Shown in pieces: positions 18,910 to 27,714 of a stretch of DNA of 64,000 nt. This stretch comes from a virus. The stretch is from positions 24,199 to 88,198 of IMG/VR virus record IMGVR_UViG_3300020123_000219; one strand, written 5' to 3'. Numbering within the stretch: the stretch's first letter is position 1; the number at the start of each line of letters is the position of its first letter. The translations under genes and the position numbers were made by a program. The notes under the pieces were generated by a model. That model was not told where the DNA came from and ran no database searches. It saw only the letters and a program-made list of their open reading frames with translations.

Positions 18910-19830
18910 TCAGGTCATCCTGCGGTACGGCTTGCACAGCAGCTCGGCTTCGGTGGCGTACGCGGCCGGGTTGTCGCCGTGGATCGTGGCCGCGTTGGTG
19001 GACTGCACCGCTGTGGCGGTAGCGCCCCGCATCAGGGCCTGGGACATGGCGAACAGGATCGCGGCCTGCATCAGCTGGGGCGGCAGCGACGAGATCAGCG
19101 TCCCCGTCTGGTGCGCGAAGAAGGTCGGGGTTTCCAGGACCAGGGTTCCGGGGCCGAACGCTGCGCTGGTGTCCAGGCAGTGCAGGGATTCCTCGTTGCC
19201 CGCGTCGTACACCAGACCGGATGCGCCGGGTCCGTTCATTGTCTGCGGCGCCCACCCGGTCACGTCGTCGACCTGGACGGTCAGGGAACCGGCGGGGGAG
19301 TCGGCGGTCAGGACCGCATGCGGGTACCCGGACACGTACGACACGGTCAGGGTCGTTCCCCGGCGCCCGTTCCGCCAGGTCACGAACCCCGGTGCGAGGG
19401 TCACGGACTGCCCGGATTCCCCCGCGTCCCCGGGGACGGTGGACCCGAACACCCCGGGGGACGGCTGGTTGATGAGGAAGGCGCTGGCCGGGACCGGCTG
19501 GTAGTTCACGGGCGGGATGGTCAGCCCCCACTGGCCGCCGGTCACTTCCAGGATGGGCTTGCGGGCCAGCAGGATGTAGGCCGCGCCTGACGGCATGACC
19601 GTGACCCGGTAGTCCGGGGCCAGGAGCGTTTCCTTCGACGCCGTAGCGCGGAGCCGCTGGTTGACCTCGGTGTCGATCATGGCGGAGGCGCGGCGGCAGA
19701 TGTTCCACTGCTCGGCAAGCTGCTGCGCAGGGGTCGCGTTGCGTGACGGGAGCGTCTGCCACGAGATCCCCGTCGCCGCGTTCGTCAGGATCTCGGGAGT
19801 GATGTACGGGGCTGGCGTCAGCGCCGACAC
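18910..19830 (-). CDS. head-to-tail adaptor protein
   Basis: PYITPE...RASAMID...VSYVSGY...LPPQLMQAAIL...AELLCKPYRR. Confidence 0.75.
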   Translation of the reverse strand: MSALTPAPYITPEILTNAATGISWQTLPSRNATPAQQLAEQWNICRRASAMIDTEVNQRLRATASKETLLAPDYRVTVMPSGAAYILLARKPILEVTGGQWGLTIPPVNYQPVPASAFLINQPSPGVFGSTVPGDAGESGQSVTLAPGFVTWRNGRRGTTLTVSYVSGYPHAVLTADSPAGSLTVQVDDVTGWAPQTMNGPGASGLVYDAGNEESLHCLDTSAAFGPGTLVLETPTFFAHQTGTLISSLPPQLMQAAILFAMSQALMRGATATAVQSTNAATIHGDNPAAYATEAELLCKPYRRMT

Positions 19831-20147
19831 TAGCCTCCCGTCGCTGGCGGCAGCACCGTGGTCTTCCCCTTGAACTCCGGCCGGCCGGCCAGGGCTTCGA
19901 GCGCCTCGTGCATCATCGCAGGGTCAGGCAGCGGGACGGCCGGGGGATGCCGGGACGTGTGCGGCGCCCAGTAGCTGGCGGCAGCGCCGAGCAGGGCCGA
20001 CACAGCCCAAGGCAGGAACGTCTGCAACGTCGGCGGCAGGCCGCTGTGGAACGCCGGGACGTAGGTCACGAGAATCCACGCGATCATGCCGGTGACCAGA
20101 GCCGACGCGCCGCCGGCGGCTGTCTTGATCTCAACCGGTTCTTTCAC
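19830..20147 (-). CDS. holin-like 2-TM protein
   Basis: PVEIKTAAG...TM...TM...SYWAPHTSR resembles actinophage holins. Confidence 0.6.
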   Translation of the reverse strand: MKEPVEIKTAAGGASALVTGMIAWILVTYVPAFHSGLPPTLQTFLPWAVSALLGAAASYWAPHTSRHPPAVPLPDPAMMHEALEALAGRPEFKGKTTVLPPATGG

Positions 20148-20343
20148 GCCGCACACCCTCATCCAGGCACCGCTGGCAGTAAAACGCGTCCTCATCCCAC
20201 TTGGCGTGCTTCGGGCACAGCGGGACATGGCACTGCTGGCACATCGTCACGGACTGGGGGGCCTTCCGTGACCTGGCGCCGGTCGCGCCGCACCGGCCGC
20301 AAGAGCGGGCCTGCCCGGGTGCGCCGCGCCGACGCCAGCTCAC
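20131..20343 (-). CDS. small zinc-finger protein
   Basis: CGRC, CQQC, CPKH, CQRC. Confidence 0.6.
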   Translation of the reverse strand: MSWRRRGAPGQARSCGRCGATGARSRKAPQSVTMCQQCHVPLCPKHAKWDEDAFYCQRCLDEGVRRERTG

Positions 20344-20972
20344 TTACGGCAGTCCAGGCAGTCTGAGGGCCACCGGCCGGTGGCGTGTGCCCGGCGGGTC
20401 AGCGTGTTCCCGCACGTCCCGCACTTCCGGGACGGGTGCGCCTCGGCGGGGAAATCAGGAACGTCGCGGCCAGGCGCGGGAACCGCGTCTCGCACCTCCT
20501 GCCCGGACGCTGCCTTCGCCACCGACGCCTGCCCCGGCACTGATGCCATCGCGATCCTGGTGGCCTCCTTCAGCGCAGCCGCCCGGTCCTCAGCTGCCCG
20601 CTCGGCGGCGGCAGCCGCCCGCTCGGCTTCCGCAGCAGCAGCGAACCGGGCCTGCGTCGCAGCCGTCTGCGCCTCGGCGACATCCCGCTCGTGCAGGATC
20701 TTGCCCGCCGACATGGCCAGCGCTTCCGCGACCTGCCGCATCGTCGACGTGCCCTCGACTTCGAGTTTCCTCGCCTTCCGCTCCTCATCAGCGGTCGACG
20801 GGATCATGTCCGGGTGCTGCGACCAGCACGGATCGGACGACAGCTCCATCTCGCACATCGGGCATGCCAGCGCGAACACCCGCACCGGCTCGCCGTCCAC
20901 CACCGGCCGGTCATGCACGTGCCCGTGCGACGACACGTACCGGTCCACGTCAGACCGCGCGAAAACCGTCAT
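20340..20972 (-). CDS. hypothetical protein, zinc ribbons and coiled coil
   Basis: CPMC, CGTC, CLDC; coupled to neighbours. Confidence 0.65.
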   Translation of the reverse strand: MTVFARSDVDRYVSSHGHVHDRPVVDGEPVRVFALACPMCEMELSSDPCWSQHPDMIPSTADEERKARKLEVEGTSTMRQVAEALAMSAGKILHERDVAEAQTAATQARFAAAAEAERAAAAAERAAEDRAAALKEATRIAMASVPGQASVAKAASGQEVRDAVPAPGRDVPDFPAEAHPSRKCGTCGNTLTRRAHATGRWPSDCLDCRK

Positions 20973-21274
20973 TCCTGCTCACTTCCTTCCGGAACCGTCG
21001 GGCCGCCGCATTTATGGCACTCCATGGTCCACCCCTGCCAGAGGCGCCTGCACGGCAGGCACCAGCGGCCCTGCTTGGTGCCGATGCTGACCTGCAGCTT
21101 CGATGAGATCAGGCCCAGCCGCCCGTTAGACGACGACTCGATCTGCGCCGCCTGATGATCATCGACAGTGACAGTCCCGCCGGGCTTCCCGCTGACCTTC
21201 GACCCGTCCTCGAACTCCAGCCCGTAACAGCCGGTCTTCCTGCCAGTCTTCGGCAGCGCCACCCGCGCGCTCAT
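20969..21274 (-). CDS. hypothetical zinc-ribbon protein
   Basis: ATG overlapping upstream stop; CLPC...CHKCG. Confidence 0.65.
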   Translation of the reverse strand: MSARVALPKTGRKTGCYGLEFEDGSKVSGKPGGTVTVDDHQAAQIESSSNGRLGLISSKLQVSIGTKQGRWCLPCRRLWQGWTMECHKCGGPTVPEGSEQE

Positions 21275-21561
21275 GTCGTCGTCATTATCGTGACCTGCAG
21301 CGTGGAAACGCCGCCTGTGGACACCGCGTACAGGCTCGCCGGCTGCGAAGTCAGCGGCAGGTACATCGGGTACGGGAACTGTGTGCCGTTCGGGCAGTAG
21401 ATCCCGTTCGATGAGGTCAGGGCCGTGCCGATGCCGACGTAGTTCGGGTTCGTGCCCGTGGTCTGGAACAGCGCAGTCCCGCCCGGCGGGAGGAACCCTA
21501 CCGGGGTCAGCAGCGTGCCCGTGCCGGTGCCCGTGGAGTAGGTGTTCACCGAGACAGCCAT
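21271..21561 (-). CDS. small virion (decoration-like) protein
   Basis: YVGIGTALTSSNG resembles YLGAGSGVATTTG of 25465..25740. Confidence 0.6.
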   Translation of the reverse strand: MAVSVNTYSTGTGTGTLLTPVGFLPPGGTALFQTTGTNPNYVGIGTALTSSNGIYCPNGTQFPYPMYLPLTSQPASLYAVSTGGVSTLQVTIMTTT

Positions 21562-22103
21562 CAGCCTCCCAGCCGTATCTCACCCAGGCCGTTGCAGCCG
21601 GGATGGTTGACCCAGGTCAGCCCGTTGGCCGGGCAGAAGTCGTCGAGAGCCTGCGCGACCTCGCGGCGCTCCCACTCAGTGTCGTGCAGCAGGACCGTGC
21701 CCCGGGAGTGCAGCAGCGGTATCCACAACCTGAGTTCGTCCATCGTGTGCTGGTACAGGTGCGAGGTGTCGATGAACAGCAGGTCCGCCGGGGCGGCGTG
21801 CTCACGGTGCCAGTCCACGATCTCCCCGGCGGTGTCGTCACCTCGGGTGAACGTCCACGACGGCAGATCCAGCCACCCGGGCGGAACCTTCGGCGCGTCG
21901 ATGTCAACCGACCACAGGTGCCCGGCGCCGAGATGCTCGATCGCCGCGAGGAACGCTGACGTGGAGTTCCCCGTCCTGGTTCCCAGCTCGATGATCCTCG
22001 GCTCCGGTGACCGGCACGCCGCCGCGAACAGGTAATCCATGTGCTCCCAGATGTCCGACGGCACCAGGCGCCGCGCGTCGAACTGCCGGGTGACGGTCAG
22101 CAC
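21561..22103 (-). CDS. class I SAM-dependent methyltransferase (Methyltransf_24-like)
   Basis: IIELGTRTGNS, LFIDTSHLY, LLHDT motifs. Confidence 0.85.
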   Translation of the reverse strand: MLTVTRQFDARRLVPSDIWEHMDYLFAAACRSPEPRIIELGTRTGNSTSAFLAAIEHLGAGHLWSVDIDAPKVPPGWLDLPSWTFTRGDDTAGEIVDWHREHAAPADLLFIDTSHLYQHTMDELRLWIPLLHSRGTVLLHDTEWERREVAQALDDFCPANGLTWVNHPGCNGLGEIRLGG

Positions 22104-24057
22104 CCCGCTGCCTCGCGGACCTTGCGGACGGTTTCCACGTCCGCTTTCATCCGCTCGAACCGCCACTGCTCGAAGTTCCCCATGTCCTGCGTGAACTTCG
22201 TCTCCGCCTGCCGGTACGTGTCATCGCGCACCGACGGGTGCTTCGGGTTTAGGTGATGCAGGTGCTCGACGTGCACGTCCTCGCAGTACGTGATGCACCC
22301 GGCGAACTGGCCCAGGTCCGACCACACGTTGTCGACGAAGAAATGCTCCAGCCGGGGCTCGCACATCCACCCGAGCGCCTGCACGATCTCCGACGACACG
22401 ACCACGGCCTGCGGGATGTCCTCGCGCACATGGTCGTTCGGGTACGTGAACCCCGGGCCTCCGGCTTCCAGGACGCGTATCAGCATCTCGTCCCACCCAT
22501 CGGTCAGCGGCAGGTGATCATCGCCGAACGACGCGAGGTACCGGTACCCGGACGCGTGGTCCAGGGCCAGCTTGTTCGTCCACGGCCCCAGGTCCATCCG
22601 CTCCCCGGAGGTCACGATCACCGACGGCACGCGCCTGTCGCGGAAGCCTGTCAGCGACTCGCTGACCGCCTTCAGGTTCGCCTCGAACTCCGGGTCATCG
22701 TCGTCGAACCCGAATGCGATGTCGGTGCGCATCACTGCGGTTTCCGCGACAGCCCTGATCAGCCGCCGCACGTTCTCCGGCCTGCCCCTGGACGGGACGA
22801 TGAGCAGCAGGTCCCCGTCCGTGCTGCCCTCAGATGCCTTCGGCAGCTCGTCCAGCTGCGCGGCGCTGACCCGCCGGGTCTTCGGCCGCTGATCGTCGAT
22901 CGCTTTCAGCACCGGGGTCCAGTACTCGTCAAGCACCCGGTCCGCGTCATACTGCAGAGCGAACTCCCGGGCCTTGGCCTGCACCTGCGCCCACGTCACC
23001 GTGCCCTGACCCGGCACGCGGGTGCCCTTGTCACCCGCGTCGTGGAGCTTGCGTGCGTTGTTCAGGGCAGACAGGATTCCGGACACGTTCGGCCGGGTCC
23101 ACATCGCGTCATGGCCGTCAACGAAAAAGTCCTCGCCCGACACCTTCCACCCGGAGCCGCACAGCTCCGTCATCGACGACGCGTTCGTCACGATCACCGG
23201 AACCCCGCACGCCTGCGCCTCGACCACCGGCAAGCCGAACCCCTCCCCGTAGGAGCAGTTCAGCAGCACGTCCAGGCACCCGTACCAGCGGGCCATCGTC
23301 GGGGTGTCCATCAGCCCGCACGCGTACGCGTATTGGTCCGGCAACATGATCGCGTTCGCGATCCCGTAGTAGTCGGCGAGGTTCTTCACGTTCAGGCCCT
23401 CGCGCGGCTGCGCGAACGAGTGCACCAGCAGCCGCGAATCCGGGTGCTTCTCATGGAAGTACGCGAACGCGATGATCTGCTCCTGCAGGCCCTTCCGAGG
23501 CCCTGCTTTATTCGCCGCGTTCAGCCCGACCAGGAAATGCTCCGGAGAGAACCCCAGCTCCTCCCGCAGCGCCCTCTTATCCTCAGGAGGAGAGAACACC
23601 TGCGTGTCAATCCCGTGCGGCACGTAGAACGGGTCGAAGCCCGCCTCCCGCATCTGCTCCTCGCCGAACCGCGACATCGCGATAAGCGCCGACGCGTGCC
23701 GCGCCTTCTCCGCGTCCTGCTTCCCCATCCGCCGGCAGTCCACCGGCAGCCAGTGCACCACGTTCAGGCCCCGCATCGCCGCAGGCTCCATCATGAACAC
23801 GTCACACAAAGTGATCATGATGTCGCATTGATTCCGGCGGTAATGCCCCGCGATCACATCCGACCCGAACGGGTCCTGCGCGCCCGGCAGGACCTGGAAA
23901 CCGCCCCACGCCATCGGCGACCCGGCAAAAGAAAAAGGCCCCGAGATAACAATCTCATGGCCTAGGGCCTGCAATCTCGGCGCCCAGATTCCTGTTTGCT
24001 GACCGTACCCGGTAAAGTACGAATCCAGGGAGCATTACTGTGGAATAGGATTCGCAT
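22097..24057 (-). CDS. GT4 + GT2-like glycosyltransferase fusion, frameshifted near N-terminus
   Basis: PHGIDT, RKG, EGFGLPVVEAQACG (GT4); VPSRGRP...GDDH (GT2-like); MRILFHSNAPW and TGYGQQT lie in different frames. Confidence 0.8.
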
Positions 24058-24231
24058 TTAAACATCACCTCCCTGCGCACGGGAAGTAATGTCCCGTGCG
24101 TAAGCGCAGTCCTGCACTCTCACGCACTAGCCTCCATATGATGTGACCGGCAGTGGCATTCATCGCCGGCGCAGCGGAAAACGACGCAGCCTCCGTGCGG
24201 GCAGCGGTCGCAGTGATAAACAGACCTCAGG

Positions 24232-24426
24232 TCAAGTGCCATCGTTTCTCAGGTCGTCGCCGCGTTTCAGGTCCCGCTGCTGTTTCAGGTCAGCGATCTG
24301 CGACAGCGCAGAGTCAAGCCGCGAGTTCACCAGGAGGTGAACCTCGGTCAGCTTTTTCCTGTTCAGGAGTCCCAGGACTGCCGCCGCGAGGGCGGCGGCA
24401 GCCGAGATCACTGATGCCCAGGCCAC
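24232..24426 (-). CDS. small membrane protein
   Basis: N-terminal TM then VHLLVNSRL coiled coil. Confidence 0.65.
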   Translation of the reverse strand: MAWASVISAAAALAAAVLGLLNRKKLTEVHLLVNSRLDSALSQIADLKQQRDLKRGDDLRNDGT

Positions 24427-24427
24427 G

Positions 24428-25132
24428 TCAGGACAGGCCGCACCAGAACACCTGCGCCCCGGTGGTTCCGGCGGAACCGAGAGCGAAGGTACCGGGCATC
24501 GCGGTGCCCGAGGTGGTGGCGATGGCCGCGAACGGGGACGGGTAGACCGTGCCGCCCGTGCCGACCGGGGTGGTGAGGGTGGACAGGGCGGTGAACCCGA
24601 CGGACCCCGCGTAGGTGGTCAGTGAGTTCGCTGCTGTCTGCCCCGTCATCCCGCCGAGCACCGGGAACGACGCCGTCCCGGAGGCGTTGAAGAACATGCC
24701 CACGTAGTACGGTCCCGACGTGGTCGGGGTGTAGGCAGTGGCCAGCGGGAAGGTCATCAGCCCGGTCTTGCCGGCGACGGTGGACAGCACGCCGGACAGG
24801 TCAGCGGTGGTAGCCACCAGGGTGCCCGTGGAGTTGTACAGCCCCGCGAAACATGATCCGGCTGACGCGGTACCGCCGTTGGCGATGACGTTGACGTGAA
24901 TGTTGGAATAGGTGAGCCCGGTCTGCAAGTGCATCAGCGTCATGTAGACAGACCCAACGACGGAGAACGTCGCGGTGCCGGTGCAGTTGTAGGTCGGGAA
25001 GTTCCACGCCTTCAGGGCAAGGTCGGCGGGGTTGAGCGGGGACATGGCCAGCGTCACGTTCGCGCCGCCGGTCAGGACCGTGCCGTCGAACAGGTACGGG
25101 GCCTGGGTCTCGTTGACTTGCGGGTTAGGCAC
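24428..25132 (-). CDS. virion structural protein
   Basis: Thr/Gly-rich beta protein downstream of capsid; paralog of 9559..10146. Confidence 0.7.
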   Translation of the reverse strand: MPNPQVNETQAPYLFDGTVLTGGANVTLAMSPLNPADLALKAWNFPTYNCTGTATFSVVGSVYMTLMHLQTGLTYSNIHVNVIANGGTASAGSCFAGLYNSTGTLVATTADLSGVLSTVAGKTGLMTFPLATAYTPTTSGPYYVGMFFNASGTASFPVLGGMTGQTAANSLTTYAGSVGFTALSTLTTPVGTGGTVYPSPFAAIATTSGTAMPGTFALGSAGTTGAQVFWCGLS

Positions 25133-25156
25133 TTACCTCCTGTGAGCGGGGTGCTT

Positions 25157-25450
25157 CTACTGCCGTGGGAGCGTGGTGACTGAGCCCCCGCTGCCCGAAT
25201 TGGAGTGGGTGATCCCGACGCTGCCGATGTTCCCGGCAGAGCCCTTGGCCAGGCTCACCGCCGAGGACACCGCCGTGGCGAGGACCGCCGGCGCCGAGAA
25301 CCAGGTCAGGTCCACCTCGGACCCGTTGGCTTCCACCAGGTCCGGGCGGACCTGCCCGGACCACTGCGCGGCCTGGCCCAGCAGGGCAGCCAGCCTGGCC
25401 GCATCTGCAGGGCTGGCGCACGCGATTCTCGTGTATGACTGGCGGTTCAC
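25157..25450 (-). CDS. hypothetical protein
   Basis: GTG after AAGGA RBS. Confidence 0.5.
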   Translation of the reverse strand: MNRQSYTRIACASPADAARLAALLGQAAQWSGQVRPDLVEANGSEVDLTWFSAPAVLATAVSSAVSLAKGSAGNIGSVGITHSNSGSGGSVTTLPRQ

Positions 25451-25464
25451 CAACGCAGGTCCTT

Positions 25465-25740
25465 CTAGCTGATCGACTGGGTGATGGTCAGGGTGACCGA
25501 TGTCCCGGATGCGGTGATGCCCCAGATGCCCGCCGCCGGCAGGTTGAGGAACACGGCCTGGGAACCCGGGGGGAACGGGCATCCCGTGGTCGTGGCGACC
25601 CCGGAGCCCGCCCCGAGGTACGCGGTCACGCCGGAGGTAGGAGGGTTGAAGATGGTGACGGTCTCGTTGCCGTACTGCGCCTCGCCAGCCACGACGAGGG
25701 CGGCAGAGCTGGTCACTGTCGCGAAAAGCTGGTTAGCCAC
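25465..25740 (-). CDS. capsid decoration-like protein
   Basis: 91 aa immediately after major capsid; GGAGG RBS. Confidence 0.65.
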   Translation of the reverse strand: MANQLFATVTSSAALVVAGEAQYGNETVTIFNPPTSGVTAYLGAGSGVATTTGCPFPPGSQAVFLNLPAAGIWGITASGTSVTLTITQSIS

Positions 25741-25757
25741 TGGCCTCCGGGATGGAG

Positions 25758-25798
25758 CGGTCCTGCTGCGGGGTTAGCGCAGCCTCGCAGCAGGACCG
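25758..25798 (-). terminator. stem-loop after major capsid gene
   Basis: cggtcctgctgcgggg/cctcgcagcaggaccg. Confidence 0.55.
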
Positions 25799-25809
25799 GG
25801 TCGCAGGGA

Positions 25810-27696
25810 TCAGGAGTAGGGGGTGGTGTCGGAAATCTGGATGCCGCCGAGCCGAGCGCAGTAGTACGGGGCGTTCGCGACAAGCGAGCCGTACATGAAC
25901 AGCGAGTAGCGGAAGGTGGCGTCGATGACGGGCCACGCGATCGAGATGTAGTCCTGGACCAGGGTCATTTCCCACACGTTCGCGACGTTCGTCCACGTGT
26001 AGGGCAGCGAGTAGCTCATGAGGAGCGCGTTGCCCTGGGACAGGAACGGGTGGACCAGGATCTTGATCAGCTTGCGGGTAATCGGGTTCTGGAACTCGCT
26101 CACTGCCGCGCCGGTCGTGATCCCGGACGACTGGTCTTGCTGGACGAACATGCGGAAGTTCGTGGCGTTACCGGACTGCACGATGTCGTTCGACATGCGC
26201 ATGATGTCGCCGCCCTCGCCGATCAGCTCGTCAGGGTCGGCCCGGAACGCGCCCGGGGAGATCGAGCCGGTGCCGTCGAACATGCCCTGAAGCGCGTTGT
26301 TCACGGCGGTGATCGACAGGTGGGTGCCGAGTTTCTGGTTGATGTACCCGCCGTCCCAGTTCGCCGGGTACACCCCGGCGGTGGACGCCTGCCCGTCGAG
26401 AGTCGGGATGATACCCGCCATGCGGGTGTTCTTCCCGGTGCCGGTGTCCACGGTCGGAGGGTTCGCGCCCGTGGTGGCCACCGCGCCCTGGATGGTGAAC
26501 CGCAGGCCGCCCGCAGACGCGGCGGTCTGCGACCCGGTCGACAGGACCCCGTTCTGGGTGGTGGACCCGACCTGCAGGAAGTACTGCGAGTTCGTCGGCG
26601 CCGCAGCGGCGTTCGACACGTAGATGTTGTACTGCAGCGCCCCGGCGACAGTCGGGATGGTCACGTCCGCGACCTGCGAGGTGGTCACGGTGGTGTCCGT
26701 GGACTGCGCCGACGCGATGGTCTCGCCGTAGTAGTTCACGGCGGTGACCTTCACCGAGAAGTGCGAGGTCGCGCCGGTCATGGCGGTCTCGTTCGACCCG
26801 GCGGTGCGCACCGCGACGGTCGGGGTGCCCGGGGTGGCCAGCGCGGCGGGAGTCGCCGCGATCATCGCGTACTCCTCGGCCAGCATGAACTCCTGCAGGA
26901 GTACCAGGTTGGCCAGGGCGGACAGGTCCTCGAAACCCTGGCCGGCGAACTGCGACAGCCACGACAGGGACTCAGTCAGGCCGAAGAACTGGTACGGGAC
27001 GTTCAGGTCAACAGCGGTCTGCGCCCCTGCGCCGGGCAGGTTCAGCGGCCACGTGCCGGTGATCGACGATCCGCTCACCAGCTCGGGGATCGAGATGTCG
27101 ATGACTCCCTGACCGCCGGTCTGGGAACCCGAGATCCCGGTCATGACCTTCACCCTGCGGCTGGTGCCCTGGCCCTGCACGCGCGGCAGCTTGTTCCGCA
27201 GCGGCGTGTACACCGGGTAGATCAGCCGGGACGGCGCCACCAGGTCGAACGGGACGAACCCGGACGCCAGCGGCGAAGTAAGGGTGAAGTTCTTCAGCGC
27301 GTCGACCTGGCTGAACGCCGAGTTCAGCTCCGACACCAGCTTCTGCAGGCCCTGCCCCCCGAACCCGGGGGTGCCCTGCGCGAGAAACGCGGGGAACTGG
27401 CTCGCGAAACCGGAGTTCAGGCCCTTGTACACCGACTGGGAGTCATAGATCCCGTCGTGGGTGGCCTTGCGGAGCTTGGTGACGGCGTTGAACGAACGCT
27501 CGAAGATGACATCTTCGTCCCTCACCGAGTCCAGCGGCTCCACGCCGCCGGGCTTGGCGTACCCGAATCCCTTGACCGCGTCGGGCATGCGGTGCGCGAG
27601 CATGTCGTTCGAGCCATTCGGCCCGTTCGCGAACTTGGCGGCCTCGCCGGCCGCCTGCGCCTGCACCTGGGCAGGCGTGTCATACAGAACTGCCAC
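25810..27696 (-). CDS. major capsid protein with inserted Ig/FN3-like domain
   Basis: PFDLVAPSRLIYPVYTPLRNKLPRV; VKVTAVNYYGETIAS insertion; VHPFLSQGN; follows protease/scaffold. Confidence 0.85.
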   Translation of the reverse strand: MAVLYDTPAQVQAQAAGEAAKFANGPNGSNDMLAHRMPDAVKGFGYAKPGGVEPLDSVRDEDVIFERSFNAVTKLRKATHDGIYDSQSVYKGLNSGFASQFPAFLAQGTPGFGGQGLQKLVSELNSAFSQVDALKNFTLTSPLASGFVPFDLVAPSRLIYPVYTPLRNKLPRVQGQGTSRRVKVMTGISGSQTGGQGVIDISIPELVSGSSITGTWPLNLPGAGAQTAVDLNVPYQFFGLTESLSWLSQFAGQGFEDLSALANLVLLQEFMLAEEYAMIAATPAALATPGTPTVAVRTAGSNETAMTGATSHFSVKVTAVNYYGETIASAQSTDTTVTTSQVADVTIPTVAGALQYNIYVSNAAAAPTNSQYFLQVGSTTQNGVLSTGSQTAASAGGLRFTIQGAVATTGANPPTVDTGTGKNTRMAGIIPTLDGQASTAGVYPANWDGGYINQKLGTHLSITAVNNALQGMFDGTGSISPGAFRADPDELIGEGGDIMRMSNDIVQSGNATNFRMFVQQDQSSGITTGAAVSEFQNPITRKLIKILVHPFLSQGNALLMSYSLPYTWTNVANVWEMTLVQDYISIAWPVIDATFRYSLFMYGSLVANAPYYCARLGGIQISDTTPYS

Positions 27697-27714
27697 TAAC
27701 CTCCACTGATTAGG

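Noticed and set aside
23990-24060. Group I intron explaining the glycosyltransferase frameshift
   Set aside because: Only 11 nt separate the conserved blocks, leaving no room for an intron core
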